Shown here: one piece after another, positions 50,428 through 63,395 of the stretch
Position numbering within the stretch: position 1 is the stretch's first letter
How the letters are laid out: each line of letters begins with the position of its first letter
Assembly: GCF_039654945.1 (NCBI RefSeq)
Contig: NW_027361700.1
Location: forward strand, 27,280,001 to 27,344,000
DNA: 64,000 nucleotides
Direction: 5' to 3'
Source: Dendrobates tinctorius
Lineage: Eukaryota
Translations under genes and position numbers: made by a program
The notes under the pieces: model-generated
What the model was told of the DNA's origin: nothing
The model's database searches: none
The model's input: the letters and a program-made list of their open reading frames with translations, nothing else

Positions 50428-50687
50428 AGAGGTTGTGCACTACTCAGAAAACCCCTTCTCAATCCCGATGATTCCCCGTTGTAAAATAATAACACCTATA
50501 CACACCTTCGGTTTCAGCAGTGTTGGAAGTGACTCTCCTGGGGATCCATGCAGCCAATCAGCGCTGACAACCCTCTCCCTGCCTTCGGACGAATCACATA
50601 CATCTGCAGGTGAATATTGGTTTTATAATATTACAAGGTTGAAATATAGGGATTCAGAAGGGATTGTCCCAGAAGTGGATAATCCCT
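50428..50687. mobile_element. T2/Kolobok-type MITE
   Basis: TTAA flanks, AGAGGTTGTGCAC / GTGGATAATCCCT termini. Confidence 0.65.
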
Positions 50688-50748
50688 TTAATACTATTGT
50701 TTTCTGTACATAGAATATCATTGTTCTCGGCAGCACATATCCTGCTTA

Positions 50749-51185
50749 GGCTAGCTTCACACTAGCGTATGACCGAGCTGTGGAGGGCTGAGAACGTCCT
50801 CCGTGAAGCTCAGCCCACGGCCACACCTCCTCCGGTCAGCTCCACCTACGTCGGCATGCGGCCTGCGTACGCTATCTTTAACATTAGGTACGCAGGCCAT
50901 GCCGATGTATGCGGATGCCTCTGCATGCATCATTTTGAAGGTGCAGCGACCGCAACAAAATGCAACTCGTTGCGTTCGAGCGGTTTTCCGCACAGTCAAA
51001 ATGATGCATGCAGAGGCATCCGCATACATCGGCATGGCCTGCGTACCTAATGTTAAAGATAGGGTACGCAGGCCGCATGCCAATGTAGGTGGAGCTGACC
51101 GCAGGAGGTGAGGCTGTGGGCGGAGCTTCACGGAGGAAGTCCACATCTCTCAGCAGCTCGGCCATACACTAGTTTGAAACTAGCC
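50749..51185. mobile_element. PIF/Harbinger MITE, near-perfect 437-bp palindrome
   Basis: TTA TSD; GGCTAGCTTCACACTAG / CTAGTTTGAAACTAGCC termini. Confidence 0.9.
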
Positions 51186-51311
51186 TTACACGAGCATATT
51201 GGTGCATTTGTTGGATAATTGGCGGCCTAAAAAAAGAGAGAAGAGCCAGCACTGCCAGTGGTCAGAACGCATAACATGAGGTGCATATGCACATATCTTA
51301 CTGCATTCAAA

Positions 51312-51384
51312 ATGAGACATTTAGCAAAATATTGATCAATATATTGAGCCACCCCGCCACGTCAAGGCAATCTCATATGGGGGG
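51312..51384 (-). ncRNA. Putative HDV/CPEB3-like ribozyme (inverted copy)
   Basis: Reverse complement of the same motif. Confidence 0.6.
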
Positions 51385-52056
51385 TCCTACTCTACATTTT
51401 TATTTATTCAATGTGCCATTGTGGCCTCCTAAATGTTTTAAAAGCAAGACCATATCAAATGCAATCCATACCTGAAGCATATCTGCATCACTCCCGTGCA
51501 GCCAGATGGAGCAGGTGCAGATAAAAGCCAACCAGGTCTGAACACAGACATCTCAGGTTTGACCTCCACACACTGCCCAACCAGCAAACACAGATGAAGG
51601 GCAATGCAGGCTCAGACATGGATGCAAAAATAAATAAAGCCTGGGGCAGGGCGGGCTCTTCTCTCTTTCTATTGCAAATTGGTTTTGTGGCTGACCACCA
51701 CTGTTGCCGTGCACGCTGGGTCATGTTCGCCATCTTTTCTGTGTTTATTGTGATTGATCTAGGCTGCTGTGCACACTCACGGCAGCCCCACCCTGCCCCA
51801 GGCTTTATTTATTTTTGCATCCATGAATGAGCCTGCATTGCCCTTCATCTGTGTTTGCTGGTCAGGCAGTGTGTGGAGGTCAAACCTGAGATGTCTGTGT
51901 TCAGACCTGGTTGGCCTTCATCTGCACCTGCTCCATCTGGCTGCACGGGAGTGATGCAGATATGCTTCAGGTATGGATTGCATTTGATATGGTCTTGCTT
52001 TTAAAACATTTAGGAGGCCGCAATGGCACAGTGAATAATAAAAATGTAGAGTAGGA

Positions 52057-52129
52057 CCCCCCATATGAGATTGCCTTGGCGTGGCGGGGTGGCTCAATAT
52101 ATTGATCAATATTTTGCTAAATGTCTCAT
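52057..52129 (+). ncRNA. Putative HDV/CPEB3-like ribozyme (monomer 1; L3 UUGGCGU)
   Basis: Same fold, 540 bp upstream. Confidence 0.6.
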
Positions 52130-52596
52130 TTTGAATGCAGTAAGATATGTGCATATGCACCTCATGTTATGCGTTCTGACCACTGGCAGAGCTGGCTCTT
52201 CTCTCTTTCTATTGCAAATTGGTTTTGTGGCTGACCACCACTGTTGCCATGCACGCTGGGTCATGTTCGCCATCTTTTCTGTGTTTATTGTGATTGATCT
52301 AGGCTGCTGTGCACACTCACGGCAGCCCCGCCCTGCCCCAGGCTTCATTTATTTTTGCATCCATGTCTGAGCCTGCATTGCCCTTCATCTGTGTTTGCTG
52401 GTCAGGCAGTGTGTGGAGGTCAAACCTGAGATGTCTGTGTTCAGACCTGGTTGGCCTTCATCTGCACCTGCTCCATCTGGCTGCACGGGAGTGATGCAGA
52501 TATGCTTCAGGTATGGATTGCATTTGATATGGTCTTGCTTTTAAAACATTTAGGAGGCCGCAATGGCACAGTGAATAATAAAAATGTAGAGTAGGA

Positions 52597-52669
52597 CCCC
52601 CCATATGAGATTGCCTTGACGTGGCGGGGTGGCTCAATATATCGATCAATATTTTGCTAAATGTCTCAT
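52597..52669 (+). ncRNA. Putative HDV/CPEB3-like self-cleaving ribozyme (monomer 2)
   Basis: P1 CCCCCC/GGGGUGG, P2 AUGAGAUU/AUGUCUCAU, P3 GCC/GGC, L3 UUGACGU, J1/4 CU, P4 hairpin, J4/2 CUAA; folded by eye. Confidence 0.65.
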
Positions 52670-52890
52670 TTTGAATGCAGTAAGATATGTGCATATGCAC
52701 CTCATGTTATGCGTTCTGACCACTGGCAGTGCTGGCTCTTCTCTCTTTCTATTGCAAATTGGCGGCCTACTGCACATCCTACTGTCTCTGGAAATTCAAA
52801 GATTTACCAGACATTTTAAAAGCTAGGGAGATCAGTCTTTTTGTTATCTTTTCACAGAATCAATATGTACATATTTAAACAGACCCTTAA

Positions 52891-53701
52891 AGGGGTTTTC
52901 TCATGAACAAAGTTAATTTTAGTCAACGTTTTAATCAATAAATCTTTAAATAATAATAATTTCCACAATTGGATGTATTTAAAAATAATGTTCCTGTGCT
53001 GAGAAAATCTTATACATGTGCCCCTGCTATGTGCTGTTTAATGTCTGTGTCTCAGCAAAAAGCAAACAGATGAACGGCAGACTAGGGCACACAAATCACC
53101 ACATTAACAGACGGAGATATTTATCTGAAGTATTGCGGCATATATTTTAGTCAAAAAACGGAGGTGCTTGCATGAAAAAACATGAATACAGGACCCGTAG
53201 AAGCGAGTAATCGCGAAACGGCCGTTGTCCAGCACCTCCCCTAGCATTCCTCTAACGTCCTGCATGTCCACATATCTATTGATGGAATTCATGTGAAATA
53301 AAGACGCACAGTTTTTCAGCTTTATTGGTGAGTGCTGCATATGCCTTCTTTTTTCATTTCACATTGATAATGTCTGTGTCTGACCATGCAGGAACATGGT
53401 CTGATCATACCATTGCTCCTGGGCAGGGTGAGGGGGGCAAAAGAGTATACAGACATAGCAGCATGGGATCGCAACTTGTTTGTTTGAGGTAGAACATTGC
53501 TTAAAAACAGGACAGTGAAATCAGCTGCGATCCCATGCTGTCCTGTCTATACACTCTCTTTTACCTCCTCCCCCGCCCAGGAGCTGTGGTATGATCAGAC
53601 CATGTTCCTGCATGGTCAGACACAGCCATTACACAGTACACTGCAGGGGCACATTTATTATGTTATCTCAGCTCAGGAACATTATTTTAAACACATTCAG
53701 T
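52891..53701. mobile_element. T2/Kolobok-type MITE, interrupted by a Penelope-like insert and truncated by an LTR
   Basis: TTAA|AGGGGTTTTC start; internal inverted symmetry (52965-53050 versus 53620-53703). Confidence 0.65.
53053..53367 (+). mobile_element. Penelope-like pLTR fragment with minimal hammerhead motif
   Basis: 14-bp TSD TAATGTCTGTGTCT (53039-53052, 53368-53381); GGAC-CCGTAGA-AGCGAGTAATCGC-GAAAC-GGCC-GTT-GTCC at 53191-53230; downstream AATAAA and GGTGAGTG. Confidence 0.78.
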
Positions 53702-54456
53702 TGTAAGGAAGAAGACCGGGCTGTGGGTGCTAACAGAGCACCGGGTCCGGAACTGCTGGGAAGGAAATTGAGGACGGAACGGACCCATTACCTGCAGAGA
53801 GGGGGTGTGGTAAGCCAGAGAGGAATAAGGGGTGTTTGCACAGGAAGCAAGAGAGAGTTCACGCCAGAGAGAAGCGAGATTGCAGACCTGCGTTGCGCTG
53901 TGAGTAGCGTTAGGCCACATGGCAGCGGAAGGGTACGAGTGCAGGAAGGACCGGGGAGCATCGGCGGGAGTGCCAGGCAGAGCACGCCAAGCGGGAGATT
54001 GTGATTGCGTGACTCCTGACTGCAGAGCAAGCTGAGCAGGAGATTGTTGGGAAAGGCTCCCGGCAGCAGAGAGCAGCGTGATGGACTAGGGGCTCAGCGG
54101 GCAAAACCGGTGACCGCCTGCTGCTGCCAGAAGTAGGACCGTTTGTTAGGCAGGGAAGCCTGAAGACTCAGCACCGGCCTCAGCCGGCAGCCAAACAGCC
54201 ATCGGACTCTGAGAAAGAAGCGGACGACCGAGTCACGATAAGTGAAACTGATCAACTCATCTGTCAATGTCGGAGTGTTCCTCATATAGAAAATAATGTA
54301 ATATGACAGGACCTTCACAATCCTCAGGCTGAAGGGGCAGCTATTGCCTCTTCTTTGTGGGTAGCCTGAACCAGGTCTTGGACTGGCAAACAGGAGAACT
54401 GGAGAATCCTCTGGTGGTCCCTTTGTACAAGAGTGGGTCACGACCCTCTTCTACGA
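53702..54456 (+). mobile_element. Probable solo LTR
   Basis: Starts TGTAAGGAAG, GC/CpG-rich, breaks the MITE; 3' end uncertain. Confidence 0.4.
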
Positions 54457-54834
54457 TCAGTACTTGGCACTATATAGTTGAATCTCTATGTATAGACAAA
54501 GACAGTATCTCATTCATGTAACAATCTAGCCATTTCATCGATATATACAGTGTTTGTGATTGAGGATAATATCACATTTGCATGTAGCTGAAAAGTTGGG
54601 CCCTGGAGTTGGTTACTGGTGGGCTCTTGGCACCCCAGTGTGACTCTGTCCGGAGGAAATATCAAAATAATATTGCATCCTTATTTCTCAGGGTCAGAGG
54701 GGCTCAAACACTTGCCTTCAGTAATAGAGTATATTATGTCATATTCCAATGACATTACAAAATGAGAATACCTTTTTATTGCTGATGTACAACTGTTGAC
54801 AATGTTAAAATCCAGGTAAGACTTACATAGAGTA

Positions 54835-56707
<1,873 letters not shown>

Positions 56708-58827
56708 TATATACAGTAGGTTTCTACCATATTAGACTGCTGTATAGAAGTTATCACTCCCTGTCTGAATTCTCTGTATTTTTATGGAGTATGGGTAAAG
56801 CCAGAAGAGACCCATAGAAGCACATGAAGAACATAAAAGCTCCATGCAGATGTTGACCTCAGCTGGACTTAAACCCAGTACCCCAGTATCAGAGCCTGCA
56901 TATGATATTTTCAGAATAAACACATTAACCAGTTTGGCATTAATATAAGATTTGCGCTTGTATATCTCAATCCTGTATTCCTGGGGCTCTCTTGCTCCAG
57001 GACTAGATAAAGAATTAATGAAGGATTGTATTAGATTCTTTGTATGAGCATACATAATCCATGACCCAACCATAATGTTCTTATATCTCGTGACTAATCC
57101 CATGTTCTCCTGGATCCTCATACGTACGTGTGTGGTCGCCAGCAGGCATTGTGGGGGTGGAACGTTAAACACGTTTGGGCACCAGATGACACTGCTAATG
57201 GCATTATTTTCCAGTTGACTAAAAAAGAGAAACCCAATATGAATCAAGTCAAATGCCTAAATTATATTGTACATTTATTCTAACTGTGAAAAGTTGGGTA
57301 TTAAATAGTTCAGATGCCACTAATTTATTCCAAAATAATCATACTTTAATCAGTTATTCCCAAAGTGTGATGTTATCCTCTATCCATAGGAAAGGGGATA
57401 TATAACTGATCACAGAGAATCAGACCTCTGAGTTCTGCCTAGATCCCGAGATCAGGTCTTTGAAACCCAGGAACCGCTCTCTGCAGAACCATATGATGAA
57501 TGAACTGGATGTGTGCATGCTCGACCTCTGCTCTATGCATTGCAGGAGAAATCTGAGCCCAACTAGGTAAATTAAACCTAAAATATGAAGATTTGGGCTC
57601 ATTTCTTCCAAGGGCCATCTTTTAATCCAAAGCTAATGATAGGCACCATCAAATAGGAGGCCATACAGAGTCCAAAATTTCATATTTTGTTGTACGTTTA
57701 CAGTTAGTGTCTCTTTGGGGGACATGTATGAATCCTGTTTTTCAAGGATTCAGAACTAAAGATGCAATGAAGTCATGAATAGGTCTCAACATAGTTGGCA
57801 CAGGAAGTTTTCTTGTGTGGTACACATAAAGGCACTAATGGCGTAGGTCCAGTTGCCGGACCCTATTGTTACTATTATGATGAATTATGATAAAACTGTG
57901 GATAGCTTAGGTGCTGATCCTGATGTGTATGATGTTAAGATACTAAGTGCATAACTTTCTTAGCAGAGCAGAACACGTACACCACTAGCAGATAGAAGAA
58001 GACCACTGTACAAGGACAGTATTTGGGCCCTTTGCAGTCCAATATTTCATCATGATTCATGATTTCACCTGCTTTGGAGCTGGATGTGGCCCCATTACCT
58101 CCTTGGCTTCGGAGTGGCTACACCGATGGTATGTCAACCCCTGACTGCTGGCACTATGATCTACTTTGTGATTGTTGGAAAACTGGCAATGACAAACGGA
58201 TAGTCTTGAAACAATTATGCTGTATTCACCACTAGATGGTGCATATTTAAACTGGTTAAGATCTGGGATGGTTTTCCAAAATAATCAGCTAAAAACGATC
58301 ACTATTGCATTTTGACTCACAATGGCTGAGGTGAAACCTTCAATGCTGAGAAACCATTGGATGCCACAAAAATACAATTTATATAAAAATCACTGAAATA
58401 TAACCCCTAAACTTTTATAAACCATGTGAAATATTTAAAAAAACAAGAGCAGCTCAAGGGTTATTGTACAATAACTTCTAGACTACTGGGGTCCTTAGTT
58501 TACAGATACAAAGATCACCAGGATACAAAGTGCGTGTTAAAAAAATCGGTGGACAAAAGTGAATTAAGCTCAAAACCACCTCTGCCAATGGCCTAGAAGC
58601 TGTAGACCTACAGGTGGGAGACCTGTGGGATATATGATACTAATCTTGAAGGTGTATTGGTTTCCTATGTATTTCTTTCATTCTTTGTGTATCATATTAC
58701 TACACTGACTACTGCTTTGGGATTGATTTTTCTTTTAAATACACAGTGTATCTGTACATTCACATTTACACATAATTTGTTCCTCTCAAAAATATCCATT
58801 ACAAGTCTATTAAGATGCAGAAAAGGT

Positions 58828-58833
58828 TTTATT
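58828..58833 (-). terminator. Polyadenylation signal AATAAA, keratin C
   Basis: tttatt about 120 nt past the stop codon. Confidence 0.7.
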
Positions 58834-58951
58834 GAATCACCAAGGAGAACAACTTAATGTAACATTAATTTCAAAGAGCAGAATTACTGAAGTATCCCAA
58901 AATCTGACACCACTCTCTTCTTTCCACAACTTGTTTTCTCTTTTTAGATCC

Positions 58952-59052
58952 TTAGTTCACTTTTTCTTCAACCTCTTCAACCCTGGATGAAACAACCTTC
59001 CCATCCACGACTTCTTCAACGATGGTCTTCACCTTTCTGGTTTTTGTTGGAT
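58952..59052 (-). CDS. Keratin C exon 8 (coding part)
   Basis: [33 protein letters not shown]-stop. Confidence 0.94.
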
Positions 59053-61908
59053 CTAGAAGAAATCTTTCATTTTAAGTTGTGTAAGGATTCGCTGGTATAA
59101 ACAGTCATGGCAACCATATAATCCATTTGACCTTGGCTAACACAATGCCTTTAGGAGATTGTATCTAATTCTTATCTAGTAGTTGTAGGAAGACCTCTGC
59201 GCTTCAGCCACACAGGTGTTCTAGGCCTTATGCTGGATAAGGGCATTTGGATGCTGCCCTCATGCCCAGCGCTTAGTTGATTTATAATGATTTCATTTTT
59301 TTAGGGGATTATAAAGCTCTAACTAGATACAAATCTTGGATACTAGTACTGCAATGCAGCCAATCTAGCCCCCCGAGCTACAGTGAGGACATTTATACAT
59401 ACATAAAACTTTCATGAATCATGACATTTTTTTTCTTTTATTTTTCTATTTTTTGGTTAAGATTTTATTTTAGTGTTGATTAGCAACTTGGTCATTTTAT
59501 TTTGACCAGCAACCTACCTTTTTTGGAGTCTACAGAAGATGTCTGTGACTTTGAAGCCTGTGAGCTCGAAACCCTTGATGCTGATGATGCTGATGCGGAT
59601 GCAGATGATGAGGATGAAGAAGTCCTGCCTCCTGAAGACTTGCTCCCTGAAGACTGGGAGAGTTGACTGTGGGATGAAACATTTATAATTAAGACTTTTT
59701 GTATTCTTGAAGAAACATGAAATTATGCAATCAAATATTCAATGGCAGGTCTTTGAAGATGAGTTAGTGCTGTAGCTGACTAATAAATACTATGTTAGAC
59801 CATTTTTAACCTAGTGTTACTTCTAAATAAACACATATGGCCCGCCATTATGCCTCTTCACAGTTTTTGCATCACTTGTGCGTACCCCAGTTCGCCATCC
59901 AGCAGGCGTCTATATGTTTCAATTTCCATTTCCAATCTGGTCTTGATATCAAGAAGTTCTCTATACTCTTGGCTCTGTCTCTCCATGTCTGCTCTGATCT
60001 GGAGCAACTGGTCCTCAATTCCGCTAATAACAAGCTGGATCTGTTGCAGTTGTACTCCATAGCGGCCTTCAGTCTCAGCCAGGGTGTCTTCAAGGGATTT
60101 TTTCTACAATTGGGACATTGCACCATTACACATTTTACATGAAATAGCGATAAGCCAAAAATTAACAGATTCTTAACCATATTAACTGGTTTTGTTAATG
60201 TCATGTTCAAAATTATATTTTAGATATTATGAAACATCTTGGAGATAAACTTCAAAATTGCGTTGGAAAATGGTCTTCTACTGGAAGATGGCCAACATAT
60301 ATAGAATATTATAGAATTCGTTCCATAAGGGATTGGTTTTCTCAAAAAAGTAGTCTTTTGGAGAAGTTTAATGTTAATAGATGTCATTATATTGTTATTA
60401 GTGTATGTTGTATTTTATACTAAGTATATTGACTTACCATTGCCAACTGTGACTGGAGTTCAATCTCCAGTCCTTGGAGAGTACGTCTGAGATCGGAAAT
60501 TTCTGACTTGCTTGTCTGCACCTGTTCCACACCAGCTGAAATTTCCTTCTTTAGTTCATTGCTCTGGAATAGGTCAACATGTTTTATATTAGTTTGCTAG
60601 AAAGGGCAACTTAACCTTAATGATAAATGTATGAATCATTCTCACCTTTGAGTTGAACCATGCCTCTGCATCTCTGCGGTTCTTATCTGCCAATGCTTCA
60701 TAGTCTGCTCTCATGTCATTCAGAAGCTTAGTGAGATCCACACCTGGTGCAGCATCCATTTCCACGTTCACTGTTCCAGCAGCGCTGCTCTTTGCAATCT
60801 GCATTTCCTGTTCATTAAAATATTAGAAGTTAGATCTGGGTCCTGTTCTGCCCCTATCTATTTTGAGGTCTGCTGACACATAGCGATGGTAACTGCAAGA
60901 GTTAGGATCCATCCTGATTGGGTACATCTTGTCGTGGTGGGATGTCTTTCACGCTTTTTTGATCTTACTATAGGGTATTTAATCATTTTTTATCCTATTA
61001 TATGGTATTTGATCATTTTGTTTATATGCTAGATTTTTTTTAATGTGCTAAATACATGCAATGTATTTCTAGCCTGGTCTTTTAGACAGATATGTAACTA
61101 TGAGGTGTGCCGAGATATCACTCAGACCAAGACCTTGGTACCAGAGGAGCACCAGAAGCCCTTCTGCTATGTTAGAAGACACTAATAAAACAAATGGAAC
61201 CAGGTAAGTAAGAAGTCAGGTTATAGGTTTAAGATTGTGGTTAGTAAGGAAGCTGAAAAAAAATGCTTATGTCTATAGGTTGGAGAGGATCATTTTTCCA
61301 AGATGTCTTCTGTTGAATTTTGGAGATAAATAGGATGAGGACTATAGTTCAACTGGGAGAAGATACATTTGTACAATATTTTTCCATAATATCACAATTG
61401 ATCAAATTATCAGTATGATGCTTGTATTCCAATTTGTCCATTTGCTCATTCCCTATGAAAGGATATATGATCTGAAGTAAGGCCTACCTCTTCATGGTTC
61501 TTCTTCAGGTAGGCCAACTCTTCAGACAGGCTCTCAATCTGGATCTCCAAGTCTCCTCTGGCCAGGGTCAATTCATCCAAGACTCTGCGGAGTCCATTGA
61601 TGTCAGCCTCCACACTCTGGCGGAGAGCCAGCTCGTTCTCATACCTTGCATAAAGTAACAAGACATTCAATATATGCAATAAAAAAGCATGTAGCAAACA
61701 ATGCAATGCCATCCACAAACCTTCCAACCAATATAGATTTCAGTAACCAGACATTTTGATATTAAAAAAGGCGCTCGCTGGAAAAAAATAAAAAAAGCAA
61801 GTTTTCCACAATGGGTTCGCCCCAAAACAGAACCTTTCCAATAATTAAAGTGTATTATTAAATTACTATATGACCACATGATTGTAGATGTGCCAAATAG
61901 GAAGGTTA

Positions 61909-61957
<49 letters not shown>

Positions 61958-63288
61958 GCTAATCTTGAATCCTGTGCTTTGTCCTGACTGCCATTTTACT
62001 AGGGGGCCATGTGTTATAAAGGTAATATGGAGCCACCAGTCTTTTTATGTAGCTACAACTCCACATCTCCATGAAATGAGATCCAACATTGTGTTACCCA
62101 CTGCCTATGCCGTTATGTATTAAGCAATGGCTTGAAGATATTAAAGCCACTGCACTGCTTGACAAGGAGCATTGTTCATCATAAATTATTTATTTGGAGA
62201 AGCCTAAAGACTCTTTAACAACATATATTATCGATACAGGTGTCAGAAATTAGATTAAGTTGATGCTTGATCTTACTTCAGTCTGAAGTCATCAGCAGCC
62301 AGTCTTGCATTGTCGATTTGGAGGACAACACGGGAGTTATCAATGGTGGCAGCCAAGATCTAGGGAAAAAAGACAAAACAAAAGAGCATACATTACAATT
62401 GATCTAGGGTTACTGGTTAACAATGTAAGGAGTATTTATGCAGGTCTGAAATTTTCTGAAATACTGAAAGGTGCACCTAATTGATGAGTCGATGAAACAG
62501 ACTGTTTTTGTATAGACAACATTTACAAAAGAAATATGCCAGCATGGCTGTGATCTCAGTACACGGAAATGTGATGTGAAGTTAATCTTGTGGTTAGTTA
62601 TAGTACAGCAATAACTTAATCTGCTAATGCTTTAGGGCTTATTGTTTCTAACATTAATTAATGGCAGATTGATAGTATAGGCTTATTATTTAAGCACAAA
62701 ATAGGTAATCAGTAATGTTCTGAAATATTTACAATGTTTTGATAGCTAATATCTCAGAAAAACAATTAACAGTACCTTGCTCCTCAAGTCATTGATGGTT
62801 TCATAGTACTTGCTGTAGTCTTTGCCGGGTACACCTACTCCAGAACTAAGTTGTTTCTCATACCAGTCTCGGATCTTCACTTCCAGCTCACCATTGGCAG
62901 CCTCAAGAGCTCTAACTTTATCCAAGTAGGAAGCCAGGCGGTCATTGAGGTTTTGCATGGTCTGCTTCTCACCTGCACCAAAGGATCCAAAGCCACCACC
63001 TGCTCCTCCACCAAAGCCGCCAGCTCCTCCACCAAAGCCACCAGCTCCTCCACCAAAGCCACCACCAAAGCCACCAGCTCCTCCACCAAAGCCACCAGCA
63101 GAGAATCCACCAGCAGAGAACCCACCACCGGATCCTACAGCAGAGCCCAAGGAGAATGCTCCACTGGATCCACCACCATAGCCTCCACCAAAGCCTCCTC
63201 CATAGCTGCTACCACTGAAGCCACCTCCATAGCCCCCAGAACTTGAAACTTGATAGGATGATGCGGAGCTTCCACGATAAGAGGACAT
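58952..63288 (-). CDS. Type I keratin gene C, 8 exons, 502 aa; resembles Xenopus XK81 / 47-kDa (krt12-like) embryonic-larval keratins
   Basis: join(complement) 62776-63288, 62277-62359, 61488-61644, 60646-60807, 60438-60563, 59886-60103, 59518-59666, 58952-59052 = 1509 nt, in frame. Kozak GCCACCATG; N-terminus [10 protein letters not shown]; tail [24 protein letters not shown]. Subfamily assignment is from recalled similarity. Confidence 0.96.
59518..59666 (-). CDS. Keratin C exon 7
   Basis: 149 nt, Ser-rich, ends SVDSKK, AG/GTAGG. Confidence 0.9.
59886..60103 (-). CDS. Keratin C exon 6
   Basis: 218 nt, [23 protein letters not shown]. Confidence 0.96.
60438..60563 (-). CDS. Keratin C exon 5
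   Basis: 126 nt, [11 protein letters not shown]...LQSQLAM. Confidence 0.96.
60646..60807 (-). CDS. Keratin C exon 4
   Basis: 162 nt, [21 protein letters not shown]. Confidence 0.96.
61488..61644 (-). CDS. Keratin C exon 3
   Basis: 157 nt, [14 protein letters not shown]...YLKKNHEE. Confidence 0.96.
61912..61951. repeat. (TA)n microsatellite in keratin C intron 2
   Basis: About 20 TA units. Confidence 0.95.
62277..62359 (-). CDS. Keratin C exon 2
   Basis: 83 nt, [27 protein letters not shown]. Confidence 0.96.
62776..63288 (-). CDS. Keratin C exon 1
   Basis: 513 nt, ATG 63288 in GCCACC context, donor GTACT. Confidence 0.95.
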
Positions 63289-63370
63289 GGTGGCTGAATT
63301 CCTGTTAGAGCAAACCTGGGCAACGTGTATAAAATAAGAAGTGTGGATAAAGACTGTGGTCTTCACACTC

Positions 63371-63395
63371 TATTTATACTGCTTGTCAGGGGTGT
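63371..63395 (-). promoter_or_regulatory. Keratin C core promoter: TATAAATA plus ACACCC box
   Basis: tatttata 63371-63378; gggtgt 63390-63395. Confidence 0.75.

Larger units (their letters stand above)
51230..52756 (+). mobile_element. Non-coding retroelement: inverted partial copy plus two tandem 540-bp monomers (retrozyme / Penelope-like architecture)
   Basis: 13-bp TSD AATTGGCGGCCTA (51217-51229, 52757-52769); monomer starts at 51656, 52196 and 52736; 51230-51655 is an inverted copy. Confidence 0.9.

Noticed and set aside
51281-52826. Repeated short ORFs in the 540-bp element
   Set aside because: They recur only because the DNA is repeated, have no recognisable domain, and differ by indels between copies.
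56732-57247. 171-aa minus-strand ORF
   Set aside because: Non-ATG start, no recognisable motif or splice context; insufficient support.
63289-63366. Upstream extension of the keratin C ORF (MKTTVF...)
   Set aside because: It begins at a GTG within a few nt of the TATA box, upstream of the likely TSS; ATG 63288 has an ideal Kozak context.
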